The position numbers and the translations under genes were made by a program. Below are positions 52,693-64,000 of a stretch of 64,000 bases of DNA, in pieces. The DNA lies in the NCBI GenBank assembly GCA_026023565.1, contig JAPETS010000046.1:1-64000 (forward strand). Reading direction: 5' to 3'. The stretch is from Cirrosporium novae-zelandiae (lineage: Eukaryota). Numbering within the stretch: position 1 is the first letter of the stretch; every line of letters starts with the position of its first letter. The notes under the pieces were generated by a model, which made no database searches, had not been told where the DNA came from, and worked only from the letters and a program-made list of their open reading frames with translations.

Positions 52693-54063
52693 TCACAAAA
52701 TAGCAGTCCCATTCACATGTGTGCTCACCCCACCCTCCACATTCGCTGGGGCACTGCTGAAGAAAAATGTCCATCGGTTTCGTTCTCGACATTTCTGGGC
52801 TAGCTTTTCCAGATCCATCATTTCTCCTAGTGGCATTCCCCATAGGGATAGAACATATTCGTGGAGATAGTAATCTTCGGTTTCGCCACGTTAGTAATCG
52901 ATCATGACCATGTAAAGATCAAGAATCTTAGGTAAGCAAACCTTCATGACTGGGCCAAGCCTCAAAAGCAGGCGCGTCACCCCCAACAGCGGCAAAATAG
53001 CAATCATGTAACCAATCCAACATCTTCTGCTCTTGTCCTAATCCCGCCCACCTCTGTTCGTCATCTTTCCCGAAATGATGCGGCCTCAAAGCCGCTGCAG
53101 TTCTTACATCCGCCGGTATGGACCAATATTTCTCGACAAACCCCGTTCGGATTAACATAATGTCTCCAATCTTAATATCACCCCCTTCGGCAGCAGGACG
53201 AATGTCGATACCTTGATCTTTGCCGCATTGGTACAGCTCCTCGTAGCTAATGGGATAGTAATCGTAGGGGTCGTATTCGATACCCTTCTTATGGGCATAA
53301 CCGCGGTAGTCGAGTAGTACTCCCCGACCAGAGAGGCCATGGTTGGTCCAGTGATGAATGGAACATTTATGGTTGGCATTTGGGCCAAGGATGTCTTCAC
53401 CTCGAGTCTAAGGAGAGTTAGAGAACCGTGTACTAGTGTGGTATATATGAATATCCCTACGTTGTTGTAGAATTGTTGAGTTGGTATCCAGGCAAACTTT
53501 TAGGTATTCAGTAAGCTTCAAGCAAGGGGACTTGAATGATTACATGTCGGAATCCATCCCATTGAGTGCCACTTTGCGTATTAAGTTGATATAGATCGTC
53601 ATAGGCAATGTTCTCAGTGAGAACCTTGATCTTGTGCTGAAAAGTCTCCCGATTGAAAGCTGGCTGTTCTGGGACACTTAAGGGGAGACTGAATGAGAAT
53701 GAGTAAAGTAATTTGTGTTAGAATGAAGGATGTAGATGTTATACTTCACCGGTACCATCTCCCCCGTCCTAATCTCGGCAGCAGCAGCCTTGACTCTTGT
53801 AGGCGTGAGGAGATTCAAACGACCAATCTATCAATGATCAACGTTTCTCATATGAGCACCAACACAAGATGGCTCACATAATCGTCTTCTCCCCATACCC
53901 AGGCAGCCTCAGGCGGAGCTCCAGGGATATCAGGAAGGTTCTTACGAGTAGGAAATTTAGTGGAATTAGGATCCCAAGGGATGGCGGAAGCTGTCTTGTT
54001 AAAGGTAAGAATATCCTTGAGTTGGCTCAAGCGTTGGGTTGGGCTGGACTTCGGTTCAGACAT
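52693..54063 (-). CDS. Putative cyclase / kynurenine-formamidase-like metal-dependent hydrolase (multi-exon)
   Basis: AWVWGEDDY|IGRLNLLTP, NTQSGTQWDGFRH, GRGVLLDY, GDIMLIRTG, AAVGGDAPAFEAWP, LHEYVLSLWGMPLGEMMDLEKLA, GGVSTHVNGTAIL*. Confidence 0.9.
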
Positions 54064-54390
54064 GGTGATACGTGAAGAAATAAGATGACTTCAAAAAAAT
54101 GGGTGAAGAAGATTCAAGATGAGCAAAGCAATACAAAGATTCAATTGATGGAAAGAACCCATTATATAAAGCAAAACAGAGAAAAGTCATGGGTGGCGAT
54201 AGAATCCTCAAAGTTATACAGTCCCGGGCATTTTGGATTCACCCCGCAGTTCGAGAATCGGAATTGGCATCGTGGTGACGCTTCTTCTCCACCTGAAGAG
54301 ATATGAAGTCAAAGGGTCTTACCTTGGAGTCGGAGCTTCAGCCGTTAATACAACCGAGCCCGAGGTTATTTCAACTCGGCTGTATTTGTG

Positions 54391-54438
54391 ATATCTCGCG
54401 ATGTCTCTCGCGACGTCTCTCGCGATGTATCTCGCGAT
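54391..54438. repeat. 4 x 12-bp tandem array containing TCTCGCGA
   Basis: ATATCTCGCGAT GTCTCTCGCGAC GTCTCTCGCGAT GTATCTCGCGAT. Confidence 0.85.
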
Positions 54439-54825
54439 TTGTGACGGAGAGAGGGGAGAGGGGACATTGATGGCTGCAAAGTCAGAGTCTAACGGTATCT
54501 ATAGTTACGTGACCGATTGAAATATTCCCCAAGTGCCAGAATCACGAGAGGTCAGATCAAAATCCGAAACACGTAATTCGGTGGATTTAACTTCTGGCCA
54601 ATCATATGTACTGTACTGTATGTTGAGCTTCTCAAAAGATAAGCTACTGTAATTCATTTATTTACTCTGTAAATATATTTATTAGATATTCCGAGAGGCA
54701 TGATCCGTTCTATCTAAGCCTCGCCTCTGTCCGAGTCGCCCTTTATAGAAATTCCTACCATTGCTATAGCTCTTCTACTAGTCCGTCCTCGGTGAAGCCT
54801 CGGTAGTCAAATATTCTACATTTAT

Positions 54826-57408
54826 TCAAGCACCTCTGCGAGCATTTGTAGACATCAATGTGATCTTTTTGCCCTTTTTCTTTTTCCCATGTCCCCCTGG
54901 AGTGCTGGATGAAGCCACTCCTTCGCTAAGGGAGATATCTGACGCACGAGCAATCATGTCCTCTTGCAGTAGGTCTTGCTCCCAATTCTGAAGCCAGCCG
55001 TCATCAGGTGGATCCGGTACTACTTCAGCTGGCAGCGAGGGAGATTGTGGCGTGATTGCGCGTGTGCCCCACACCGTACGAGATGTACTTGGGCTGGTTG
55101 ATGGTGAAGCTAAGGAGGCAAAATGGGAACCTGAATGAATTCTCGAGGTAGGCCAAGGAGGTGAAGACGACGTGCTGAGAATACTGGGGTCATTGGTGGC
55201 GAGTGGTTGAAAATCCTCCTGTGAAAATCTGGTATCCTCTGTCGTAGCCGGTCGATTACGTCTAGCAGTAGCCCATCGTTTGTCTTCTTCCTCTTTTTCC
55301 GCTCTTGCACGGTCCTTTTCCTCTCTCATCTCCTTTTCTCGATTCCGCTTTCTCCGACGGTCAATGTCTGATTTAAACTGGCTTAGAATATCGGGATTCA
55401 CAATGTCAGTCCAGTCGCATTCTAGAAAATTAACTTCACATCCGTAGGGCAGATGTCCCAGATATTTGCATCGTTTTCTCAAATCATCATCAACAATATG
55501 GCCGGTGGAGACCCGCTCCACTCGAGGAAGGATAGTAGAGGGAAATTCAGAGTAGTACCCAAATGCAGTCCGTAAAATGCGAATATCAAGAGGAGATAGG
55601 TAATAGTGAAGCAGCGCTTGATAGAAAAAGAAACGATTCCCCGCCGAAATATGCGTTGTGCCAGCACGTTGATCCTGTTTCTCAGAATGTGCTGAATTAG
55701 TAGTGACAAGACTCCCTTTAGGGGTTTTGGGAATGTTATTGGCTGGAGGAATTGCTGGAGATCCGGAAGGACTAGGCTGCATAATCTGATCGACGAAATC
55801 AGGAGCAAGTGAAGGATCAAAATCCTCTTTTCCATCCGATCCCTGGCTGATAGGGGCAGATGTAGATGGCTCAGGTTGCTTTCTAGACTTTCTTTCAGAT
55901 GGTTTCTTTGGCGTGGGTGGTGGATTTCCAATCCCCTTAATCTTTTCTTTGGCTTCCAATACTGCAGATATGGCTTTTCGAGTCCACTGAGTTTCTTCTC
56001 CAAACATTAGCTCGTCTTCGCGTTCCTGTCTTTCCATGTCCCCAATCTCTTGGTCATATTGTGCAAGCATGTAATCTTCGCTTCCTTTCATAACTCTAGC
56101 ATAATCAAGAACCTCTGCGGCCATGTACCATGGAATATCTTCAGACTGTCCCAAAACGTCCGCACCATCACGAGGTAAGGCAAGAGTACTTCCCGGTTCT
56201 CGCATAATAAGTCGAAGCACCACATCAGCCCCCTCCTTTGGAGGATCTCCCTCCTCCCCTATATACCAGCGAACAGGGCGAGTCTCAGACACATAGACGC
56301 TATCCCAACAAATTGGGCACTTTTTCCATCTAGGCTTTTTTTCAGGGACCGGATTTGCCTCATCGGTTGAATGCATGTAGCGAATTAGACATGGCAAGCA
56401 GAATATATGGCCACAGCGAGCCATACGTGGCGCAACCGGAGTAGATAGACATATCGGGCAACTGGCTGCTTGGGATTTGGCTGATGCAAGGATCTGCATA
56501 ACGTTGTTCCAGTCAAGGTGAACGTCAGCATCTACTGCCTGCGCATGATAGCTCCCTTTTGGATTTACTATAAAACGGTAGTTGGCATGTACATATCTAG
56601 AGGTTTTGTGAGCATTCAACTATCGCTTTAGATTATCCCGAATCAGATTCTTACCTCGCCTTATCGACCGCATGATAACCGGAGCCGAGACCCCATGTAG
56701 GATTCCTGCGCGTATGTCTATGCGAAGATTGATATTGCGGTCGAGGTGGCAAAGAAAACCTCATAAGATGGGTGATGGAGGTCTGCCCACGCCGACTATT
56801 CGTGGAATGCATGGCCATCTATAATCTCAGACAGAATTAGCAAAAGTTACCCAGTTGAAACGGCAAAATAAACTGTAAATTGATATCGAAGATCTGATGG
56901 CTCTTTCAAGCCCATCGCTTGAATAATCCATGTCTCAGAGCCAAGAGTAGAATCGAAAGTGGCGGCAGTTGTTCCTCGTACCAGTTCACACCAATCGCCC
57001 ATTTCACTCCGAGGTCTTCCTAATATTCCAAATGCGACAGTGGATCCCTCGTGAAAGCTGATGTGAACCAAAACTTCATCTTGTTTGAAGCCTCCCGGAT
57101 ATGAATGGTGATGGCAAAGTTTGTTGAGGGATTGGTCAAGGAAGTAATCAACTCACCGATTCCGCGATAGCATCTTCATCCACAAGCTTTGGGCGACGAC
57201 TAGTTTTATTCTGTTTCCGGAGGGATTGATTGTTTCGAGCAGAGGCAAGATTAGATCGAGAAACGGAAGCTGATCCAAAGCTCCCAGAACCAACTCGTCG
57301 TTGAGAATAGTTATCTGTTCCAGCACCACCAAAGCTGGGAGTTAGTTGAGGAGCAGATGGTGATTGTGGAGTACTAGTCGATTTCGATGAGATAGAATTG
57401 GAAGACAT
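54826..57408 (-). CDS. MAG2: RING-HC E3 ubiquitin ligase, Mag2/RNF10 family (3 exons; alternative in-frame ATG at 57507)
   Basis: SITHLM.F; YVHANYRFIV; CPICLSTPVAPRMARCGHIFCLPCL..WKKCPIC; FFFYQA..YYLSPLDIRIL; LRKRCKYLGHLP; C-terminal KKKKGKKITLMST. Confidence 0.88.
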
Positions 57409-57595
57409 GGCTACCCCGAAGGGTTGGGGAAGTGGCAGAAGCAGAGAGAGGGAAGAAGTAGAAGCAGTCGAACAGAGGGGCTGATGAGCTTGTCGGGAGT
57501 CATCCATCTAAACCCCGACGGATAGAGGTAGTTCATGTCTGCCTCAGGTTGTCAGGTGTCCAGAGTCTAGAGTCTAGAGTTCAAAGTCCAGATTC

Positions 57596-57627
57596 AGGTG
57601 TCAAGGTGTCAAGGTGTCAAGGTGTCC
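57596..57627. repeat. (AGGTGTCA)x3 plus one variant in the MAG2/UBP3 divergent promoter
   Basis: AGGTGTCA AGGTGTCA AGGTGTCA AGGTGTCC. Confidence 0.8.
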
Positions 57628-58371
57628 ATCCCATCAAAAATAATAAACGACGATAATAACAAATAGACTTCTATTTTGTGACTAGGAAAGTGTGACGGTA
57701 CCTAGGTAAGTAATATATAGATATTAAAAATGTCGTGGCTCGATTCAAAGGATCCTATCGGTTAAAAAGCAGTTGACAGGTGTGACAAAGGTGACCAGGA
57801 CTGATCTCTGCCTGAGGTATTAAGTTTTGATTTGTGTCATCGTTTTCACAGCAAAAAATATCCGCATTTGAGAACTAACCCAAATCGTCGGCTACCTTCA
57901 CTCCCAAGAGCCTCCCTCTCTCACATCAAACCAACCCAGTGGCCTAAAGACGCCTCAATCCACCTTCATCCGCCCTTCTCCTTCTTTCTAACATTACCCT
58001 ATTACATGCATTCTTTCCTTCATGTCCATCGACAAATTGTGAATCTCCGTTTGATTGTTTGTCGTCTCTTCACTTTCTCCTCTTCCTCCTTTGACTTGGC
58101 CGGTCAGAATTGCGCTCCCTAGCCAGCCTAGTCTTGACAGTACCAAACATCCATTTACGCCCAATGACGCCTAAATCTCTATTGTCCCTTGGATTCCAGA
58201 TGCAACTCACGCTTGGCTTGAGCCACTTGAAGGAAATATAAGAACTGCCGCGGTGGCATCAGACTGTCGTCTATCTTTGCCTTGGATTATCAGTCGCGTG
58301 GTCATCCTGATCGCTGTCGACTGGAATTTAAGAGCGAAGACGACGACAAAAAGTACGACGTGGATTCGGCC

Positions 58372-61152
58372 ATGATGAACAATCAAATACCGGCAATGCC
58401 TCCTATGCAACCGGCCATTCCTTATAATTCTCGGCGACATCATGATCTCAACTATGCGCCGCCTCCACCTCAATATCGCCCACCCTACAGTGGTTCGCCC
58501 TATCAGGGCTATCACTATCCTCAGAATGGCGGTCCTCCTCCCCACCTGCCACTGCAATATGGCTGGTATCCCTATCACCAGATGCAACAACCTCTACCAC
58601 CCAGGCAATATCAAGCTCCGTACACGCCATTAGTTGTATCCTCTTACCCGCAGTATTCGCCAAGCCCATCCTCTCCTTATAGACCTCAGATCCCTCAGCA
58701 AGTACCCCCGCCGTCGATGCCACCGCAGGCTATGTTGTCTCCTCCCACCTTGCCAAATTCTCCTCATATACCAACCCCTCCTCCAGAAACGCTACCCAGG
58801 GAGCCGATACACGACGTACCTCCGCCTATCCCTCAGACTGCGACAACGACAACTGTACCCACGAAGCCTGTATCGGAGAAACCAAAGGAGCTATCATCAT
58901 CGCCTATAAACTTCAAGACACCACCTCTGCCATGGCTTTCTCGACCTAATGAAGACTTTCCCCCACGGGCGCCACGACGTCGACGGAAGCGCCACACACC
59001 TGGGGCCGAATCAATTGCGGTCAAATTTCCAGAAAGAAAAGATGTCGAAGAGAATCAAGATACAAGTCCAACTCCGGTCCAACCGGCTCCTGTTGCCGTA
59101 TCCGAAGCAGAAACCCCAGCAACTTCAAACCCCCCTTCTGAGGTAGACTCTACACATCCCACCACACCTTCATCAGCGGTACCGCAGACGGTTAAGCCAT
59201 CACCAACAACTCAATCTAAGAGCTCTAGAGGATCAGTTCTACCAATTATACCAGCCGTTCCAAAGGTTCCTAAAAGTCCAGTCACACCAAAGCACTCGCA
59301 CCATGACTCCATTAGTGCTCATTCTACAAGTTCACGGGTAGTTGCCCAGGAGTCATCCAACGATGATTCTGTCATCACCCCCGTTACAGATACTACCTCG
59401 GCTACATCAGAACAGACAGCTACTCCTGCACGAGCCCCTCCTAAATCGTGGGCCGATCTTGTACGCACAAATGCTCCCAAAAAGGCACCATCAAACACGG
59501 CTAGCAAGCCTACTAATATTGGAACCTCCAAATCGGAAACACTCAATGATGTGTTGAATAATCTAGGGGGAGATGGTCTTTTGGACGAGTCAAGGATTGC
59601 ATTTTTGGAACCAAGAGGGCTTGTAAATACAGGAAATATGTGTTATATGAATTCAGTAAGTTGCACGGTTTCTCTGCTGGACCAAAACTAACATTGAAAG
59701 GTTTTGCAAATACTCGTGTTCTGCATTCCATTTTTTCAATTCCTTGATCAAATCGGCAAAAAGGCGGCGCATAGTTTTAAAAGTGATACTCCCTTAGTGG
59801 ATGCATTGTGAGTGTCTATTCTTTTCTGCGCTGCTTTTGCTGACATGGCTAGGATAATGTTCATGCGCGAATTCAGAGTCATTGATTCTGCGCCATCTGT
59901 AGAACAGCTAAGGCTTCGGTTAAAAGAGACGGAGCTTGAACAGTATGGTGAGGCGTTTATCCCGGAGTATGTTTATGAAGTCATCAGACAACTGCCTAGA
60001 TTTTCTTCAATGAGGGTGAGTTGAATGCCTAGAAAACCATTGATTGCCGCTAACGTTTTCTAGCGTGGACATCAGCAAGATGCCGAGGAATTCTTAGGGT
60101 TCCTTCTCGAAGGGCTCCATGAAGAATGTGTTCGAGTCATGAAATCAAATGCCAACCCTGGAGAGTCAGCTCCTGCTATTGGTTCAGCTTCCCCTGATGG
60201 TACACTAGGTTCGAATGGAGATGTCGGTTGGTTGGAAGTTGGACCCAAGCAAAAGGCGGCCATTACACGTTCTTCTGGTATGGTTGTTACCGAATCACCC
60301 ATTACCAAAATATTTGGTGGTAAGATTCGATCCGAGTTCCGTGTTCCTGGTTTACAGAATTCCGTCACCCTGGAGCCATATCAGCCCTTGCAGTTGGATA
60401 TTGGATCACCACAGGTTAATAACATTATGGATGCTTTGAAGAACCTCACTCGACCCGAAACAATACATGGAGATTTCAACTCTCCTCGTGGTCCTGGGGC
60501 TACTGCCACCAAGCAGGTCTACATTGAAACACTGCCTCCGGTCCTGATAATTCATTTGAAGCGCTTCCAGTATGATAACACGGGAGGTACACAGAAGATT
60601 TGGAAAAAAGTTGGCTATCCTCTGGACCTTGAAATTCCAAAGGAGGTATTCCCTCAACATCGACGAGGTGCTATGACTGCAACCAACTCGTTCCCCAAAT
60701 ACCGTCTGATTGGAGTGGTGTATCATCACGGCAAGAATGCAAGTGGTGGGCATTATACAGTAGATGTTCGACGTCAAGAAGGACGAGAGTGGATCCGTCT
60801 AGATGACACTGCCATCCGGCGAGTGCGAAGTGAAGACGTTGCCGAGGGTGGCAGCGAGGAGGACCCCAAGGTTCTCGCGGCAGCGCTTGAACAACATAAA
60901 AATAAAAATAGCAACAGCAATAAATTTGAGCAAATGACGGTGGAGGATGACGAGGTGTCGAATGAAGCAGGGTGGAGTCAAGTGAATGGGGGATCTGCGG
61001 CGGGGACACCAGGAGTGAAGAAGTGGTCCGGGGTGGTGAATGGAAACTCGACGCCAACCAGCTCGTCGGGTAAGAGAAGTCCGCATGGAAAATACTCGGT
61101 GAAAGACAACAAAGTTGCATACCTTCTTTTCTATCAAAAAATCAAGAATTAA
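58372..61152 (+). CDS. UBP3: Ubiquitin-specific protease, Ubp3/USP10 family (4 exons)
   Basis: P/Q/Y-rich N-terminus, PKSWADLV; Cys box PRGLVNTGNMCYMNS|VLQIL; QQDAEEFLGFLL; ESPITKIFGG; LPPVLIIHLKRF; His box YHHGKNASGGHYT..WIRLDD; AYLLFY. Confidence 0.9.
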
Positions 61153-62091
61153 AAGACTTGTTCTACAAGTATACTTGCATGAGAGGGACTAAAAGTTTGG
61201 CGCAGGAGGCCGGGGATGATGGCCATGATGGGGGATGGTTTCACTGGGTGTTTGTCTCGGCACTTGTAGCGTCTGTAAGTTTGGCGAGGGCAGGGAAGGA
61301 TGGTAGGATGGCAGGATGGCAGGATGGATGGATGGATGGATGGATGGATGAGGATTGATATTTAGAGAGGGCTTAAGAGAAAAGGGGGGGACATTGTGAG
61401 ATAGTGAGTAGGTACCTAGGTGACTATATCTTAATACATGGATACATGGATACATGGAATTACATGGAGATTACATGGAATTACATGGAGATTAAAGTAA
61501 TGGCAATGATGTCGTTGGTGTTCGATGTGGGTGTGTATCCACTTTGTGGTAGGGCTGGTAGTCCCGGGACTTGGCAACTTGGCTCTCAAGGGACAACCAA
61601 CGGGGATTGGTGGGATTCAAGCAGAAATTGGATTCGGGATAATGTCACAATACCATTGGACCATACGGGATACAAACAAGAAGCAGCTCACTGTAAGTCA
61701 TGAGGGTCCGAGTGCCGGTAATCAATCAACACACCAAACTTTTTTCAGACGCGTCCGATACTATGGCTGTTATGGCTGTTCTGGCGGCTTTTCATTTCAA
61801 GAAGTTGGCATGGACCATGTCCTGTCCAAGGCTTAAGAAGCGCCATGTTTTGATCGCTTCTGGTTTACCAAGTCTCGATATGAATTCTCTAAATTCCCTA
61901 AATTCCCTAAATTCCCTAAATCCCGCCCCGGCTTTCCTTTGCCTTCCTCCCGTAATCCTCTCATCTCACTTTTTAAATGTTGCATTTCCAATTGACCCAA
62001 TCCACTCTCCTTTGATTTCTTCGAAAGATACTCTCCTCTCACTCTCTCCCCTCTATCCTAACGTGAAACAAACAGATACATGTTATTTGCA

Positions 62092-63976
62092 ATGACCGTG
62101 ACGAGATCGCAAACAGGGAAAACAGCACTGTACGTGACTATACCCCAACCTCCACCCTGAAAATTATGACGAGAGAAATGAGAGAGACAAAAGAGACGCT
62201 CAACGGTGATATTGTAGGAAGCCCAAATGGCCTGGTTTTGTCCCGACACCTGGTTCCAAATCCCGGAAAAGTCGCTCTACCACTGCCGATATCCATGAGC
62301 CAAAGGCAAAGGCGATCCATGTTGAACATGATTCCAGCTCTCCAATGGATCCAGTCCATATTATACCTTCTCCCAAGTCCAATGGTTCCATTAGTCAGCA
62401 AACGAGAGATGTCCAAATAAACGGATCAAATGGCCATATCACAGAGGCAAAGGCATTGGAACATGAATTGGCCGTACCTAGAGATCCCAAGGTGGACGAC
62501 AGTGGTGATTTTGAATTTGGTGGTGCGCTTGGTGTGTCGGCCATGATGATTGGATTTCCACTTCTCATGTGGTACATGTGGCTCGGTGCAACCTACTATA
62601 ATGGCCATTTCCCTCTCCGTGCGGAAGGCCAGAAGACAATCGAGTTTTTCCAGCACATGGCTTCTTTGGTCTACACAGGAGCATTCCCTCATAGAAAGGC
62701 ATGGTTGATGTACTGGCTGTTCTTTATCTTTGAGGGTGTATGCTATCTTGTGCTTCCTGGTGTGTATGCCAAAGGTAAACCATTGCCCCATGAAGGAGGA
62801 AAACAGCTGACCTACTACTGCTCCGGAGTCTGGTCTTTTTATGTCACTTTCATCCTCGCTGCGGCTCTCCATTTTACCGGCATCTTCAAACTGGAGACCA
62901 TTATTGACGAATTTGGACCTTTGCTAAGTGTTGCCATTCTCTCTGGTTTCCTGGTGGCTATTCTGGCATATTCCTCGGCTCTGGTGAGAGGCAAACAGCA
63001 TCGGATGACCGGATCTCCCGCATACGACTTTTTCATGGGCGCAGAATTAAATCCACGGATGTTTGGTCTTTTAGATTTCAAAATGTTTTTTGAAGTCAGA
63101 CTGCCATGGTTCATACTCTTGTTTCTTAGCTGTGCCACCGCAGCTCGCCAATATGATAAATATGGATACGTCTCTGGAGAAGTTTGTTTTCTTGTCATGG
63201 CTCATTTTCTCTATGCCAATGCATGCGCCAAGGGCGAGCAGCTTATTGTGACTACTTGGTAAATTCTATTCATTCTCCAACAGCCTGATAATCTGACACA
63301 TTCCTAGGGACATGTACTATGAGAAATGGGGCTTTATGCTGATTTTCTGGAACATGGCCGGTGTTCCGCTGAGCTATTGTCATTGCACCATTTATCTCGC
63401 CAACCATCACCCGTCAACTTATGCTTGGAATCCGGTTGCCCTCAAAGCACTTTTTGTCTTGTACCTTTTTGTCTACTGGGTATGGGATACGACGAACAGC
63501 CAGAAGAATGCCTTTAGACAACAGGAACGGGGAGGGTTTCAACCAAGAAAGACTTTTCCGCAATTACCTTGGCAGGTTGTCAAGAACCCTAGGATCATCA
63601 GAACCAAGACTGGGGATTCTCTTCTTGCTGACGGTTGGTGTAAGTGCAGTTCTTACCAGTTATTATTCCTTTTTAGGTCAACTAGCTAACCAAACTTCAG
63701 ACGGAAAGGCACGTAAGATCCATTATACCTGCGACCTATTCTTCGCCGTCTCCTGGGGACTTATCACTGGCTTCCGAAGTCCGTTTCCATGGTTCTATCC
63801 AGTTTTCTTTGCATCAATGATTGCTCACCGCGCATATCGAGACATTCAAAAATGCCGTGAGAAATACGGGAAAGCTTGGTCAGAATATGAACGGGTGGTT
63901 CCTTATTTGTTCATCCCGGTGAGTAGATGACCCTTTTCAATAAGCGCACACTAACAAACAATAGTATGTGTTTTAA
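62092..63976 (+). CDS. ERG4: Delta-24(28) sterol reductase (ERG4/ERG24 family); first exon 62092-62129
   Basis: [92 protein letters not shown]; an upstream exon splices in frame. Confidence 0.93.
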
Positions 63977-64000
63977 TTATCCAATACTACGGAAACCATG

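Noticed and set aside
39872..54063. Secondary-metabolite cluster (MFS, cyclase, membrane protein)
   Set aside because: No PKS, NRPS or terpene backbone gene in the window, and the genes are interleaved with housekeeping loci
58282..58371. TTG-initiated N-terminal extension of UBP3 with a DDDK (FLAG-like) string
   Set aside because: The ATG at 58372 has good context (GCCATG); the open upstream frame and the tag resemblance are probably chance

Overview
Eukaryotic DNA from a filamentous ascomycete: intron-containing genes with GT..CTAAC/CTGAC..YAG introns of about 50-90 nt. Conserved genes occupy both ends. Left: SPT16 and a mitochondrial-carrier-like gene. Right: an MFS monocarboxylate transporter, eIF2D/TMA64, a putative cyclase, a MAG2/RNF10-like RING E3, a UBP3/USP10-like deubiquitinase and ERG4. 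Between them (~7-42 kb) is an accessory-looking region. It holds an amidohydrolase + Zn2Cys6 regulator pair, an arylsulfotransferase, an alpha/beta hydrolase and an orphan membrane protein. It also holds several genes or relics built from NLR-type parts (HeLo-like N-termini, TPR, ankyrin), a decaying AAA ATPase and hAT-like MITEs. Top observations: (1) the likely 40S uS3 ubiquitin writer (Mag2/RNF10) and eraser (Ubp3/USP10) lie head-to-head about 1 kb apart, with the 40S recycling factor eIF2D 8 kb away; (2) a NOD-less zinc-finger/TPR gene is head-to-head with a HeLo-like/kinase-lobe-like gene; (3) a stand-alone forkhead domain has a rewritten recognition helix. All family calls are from motif recognition by eye and splice sites were placed manually; no searches were run.
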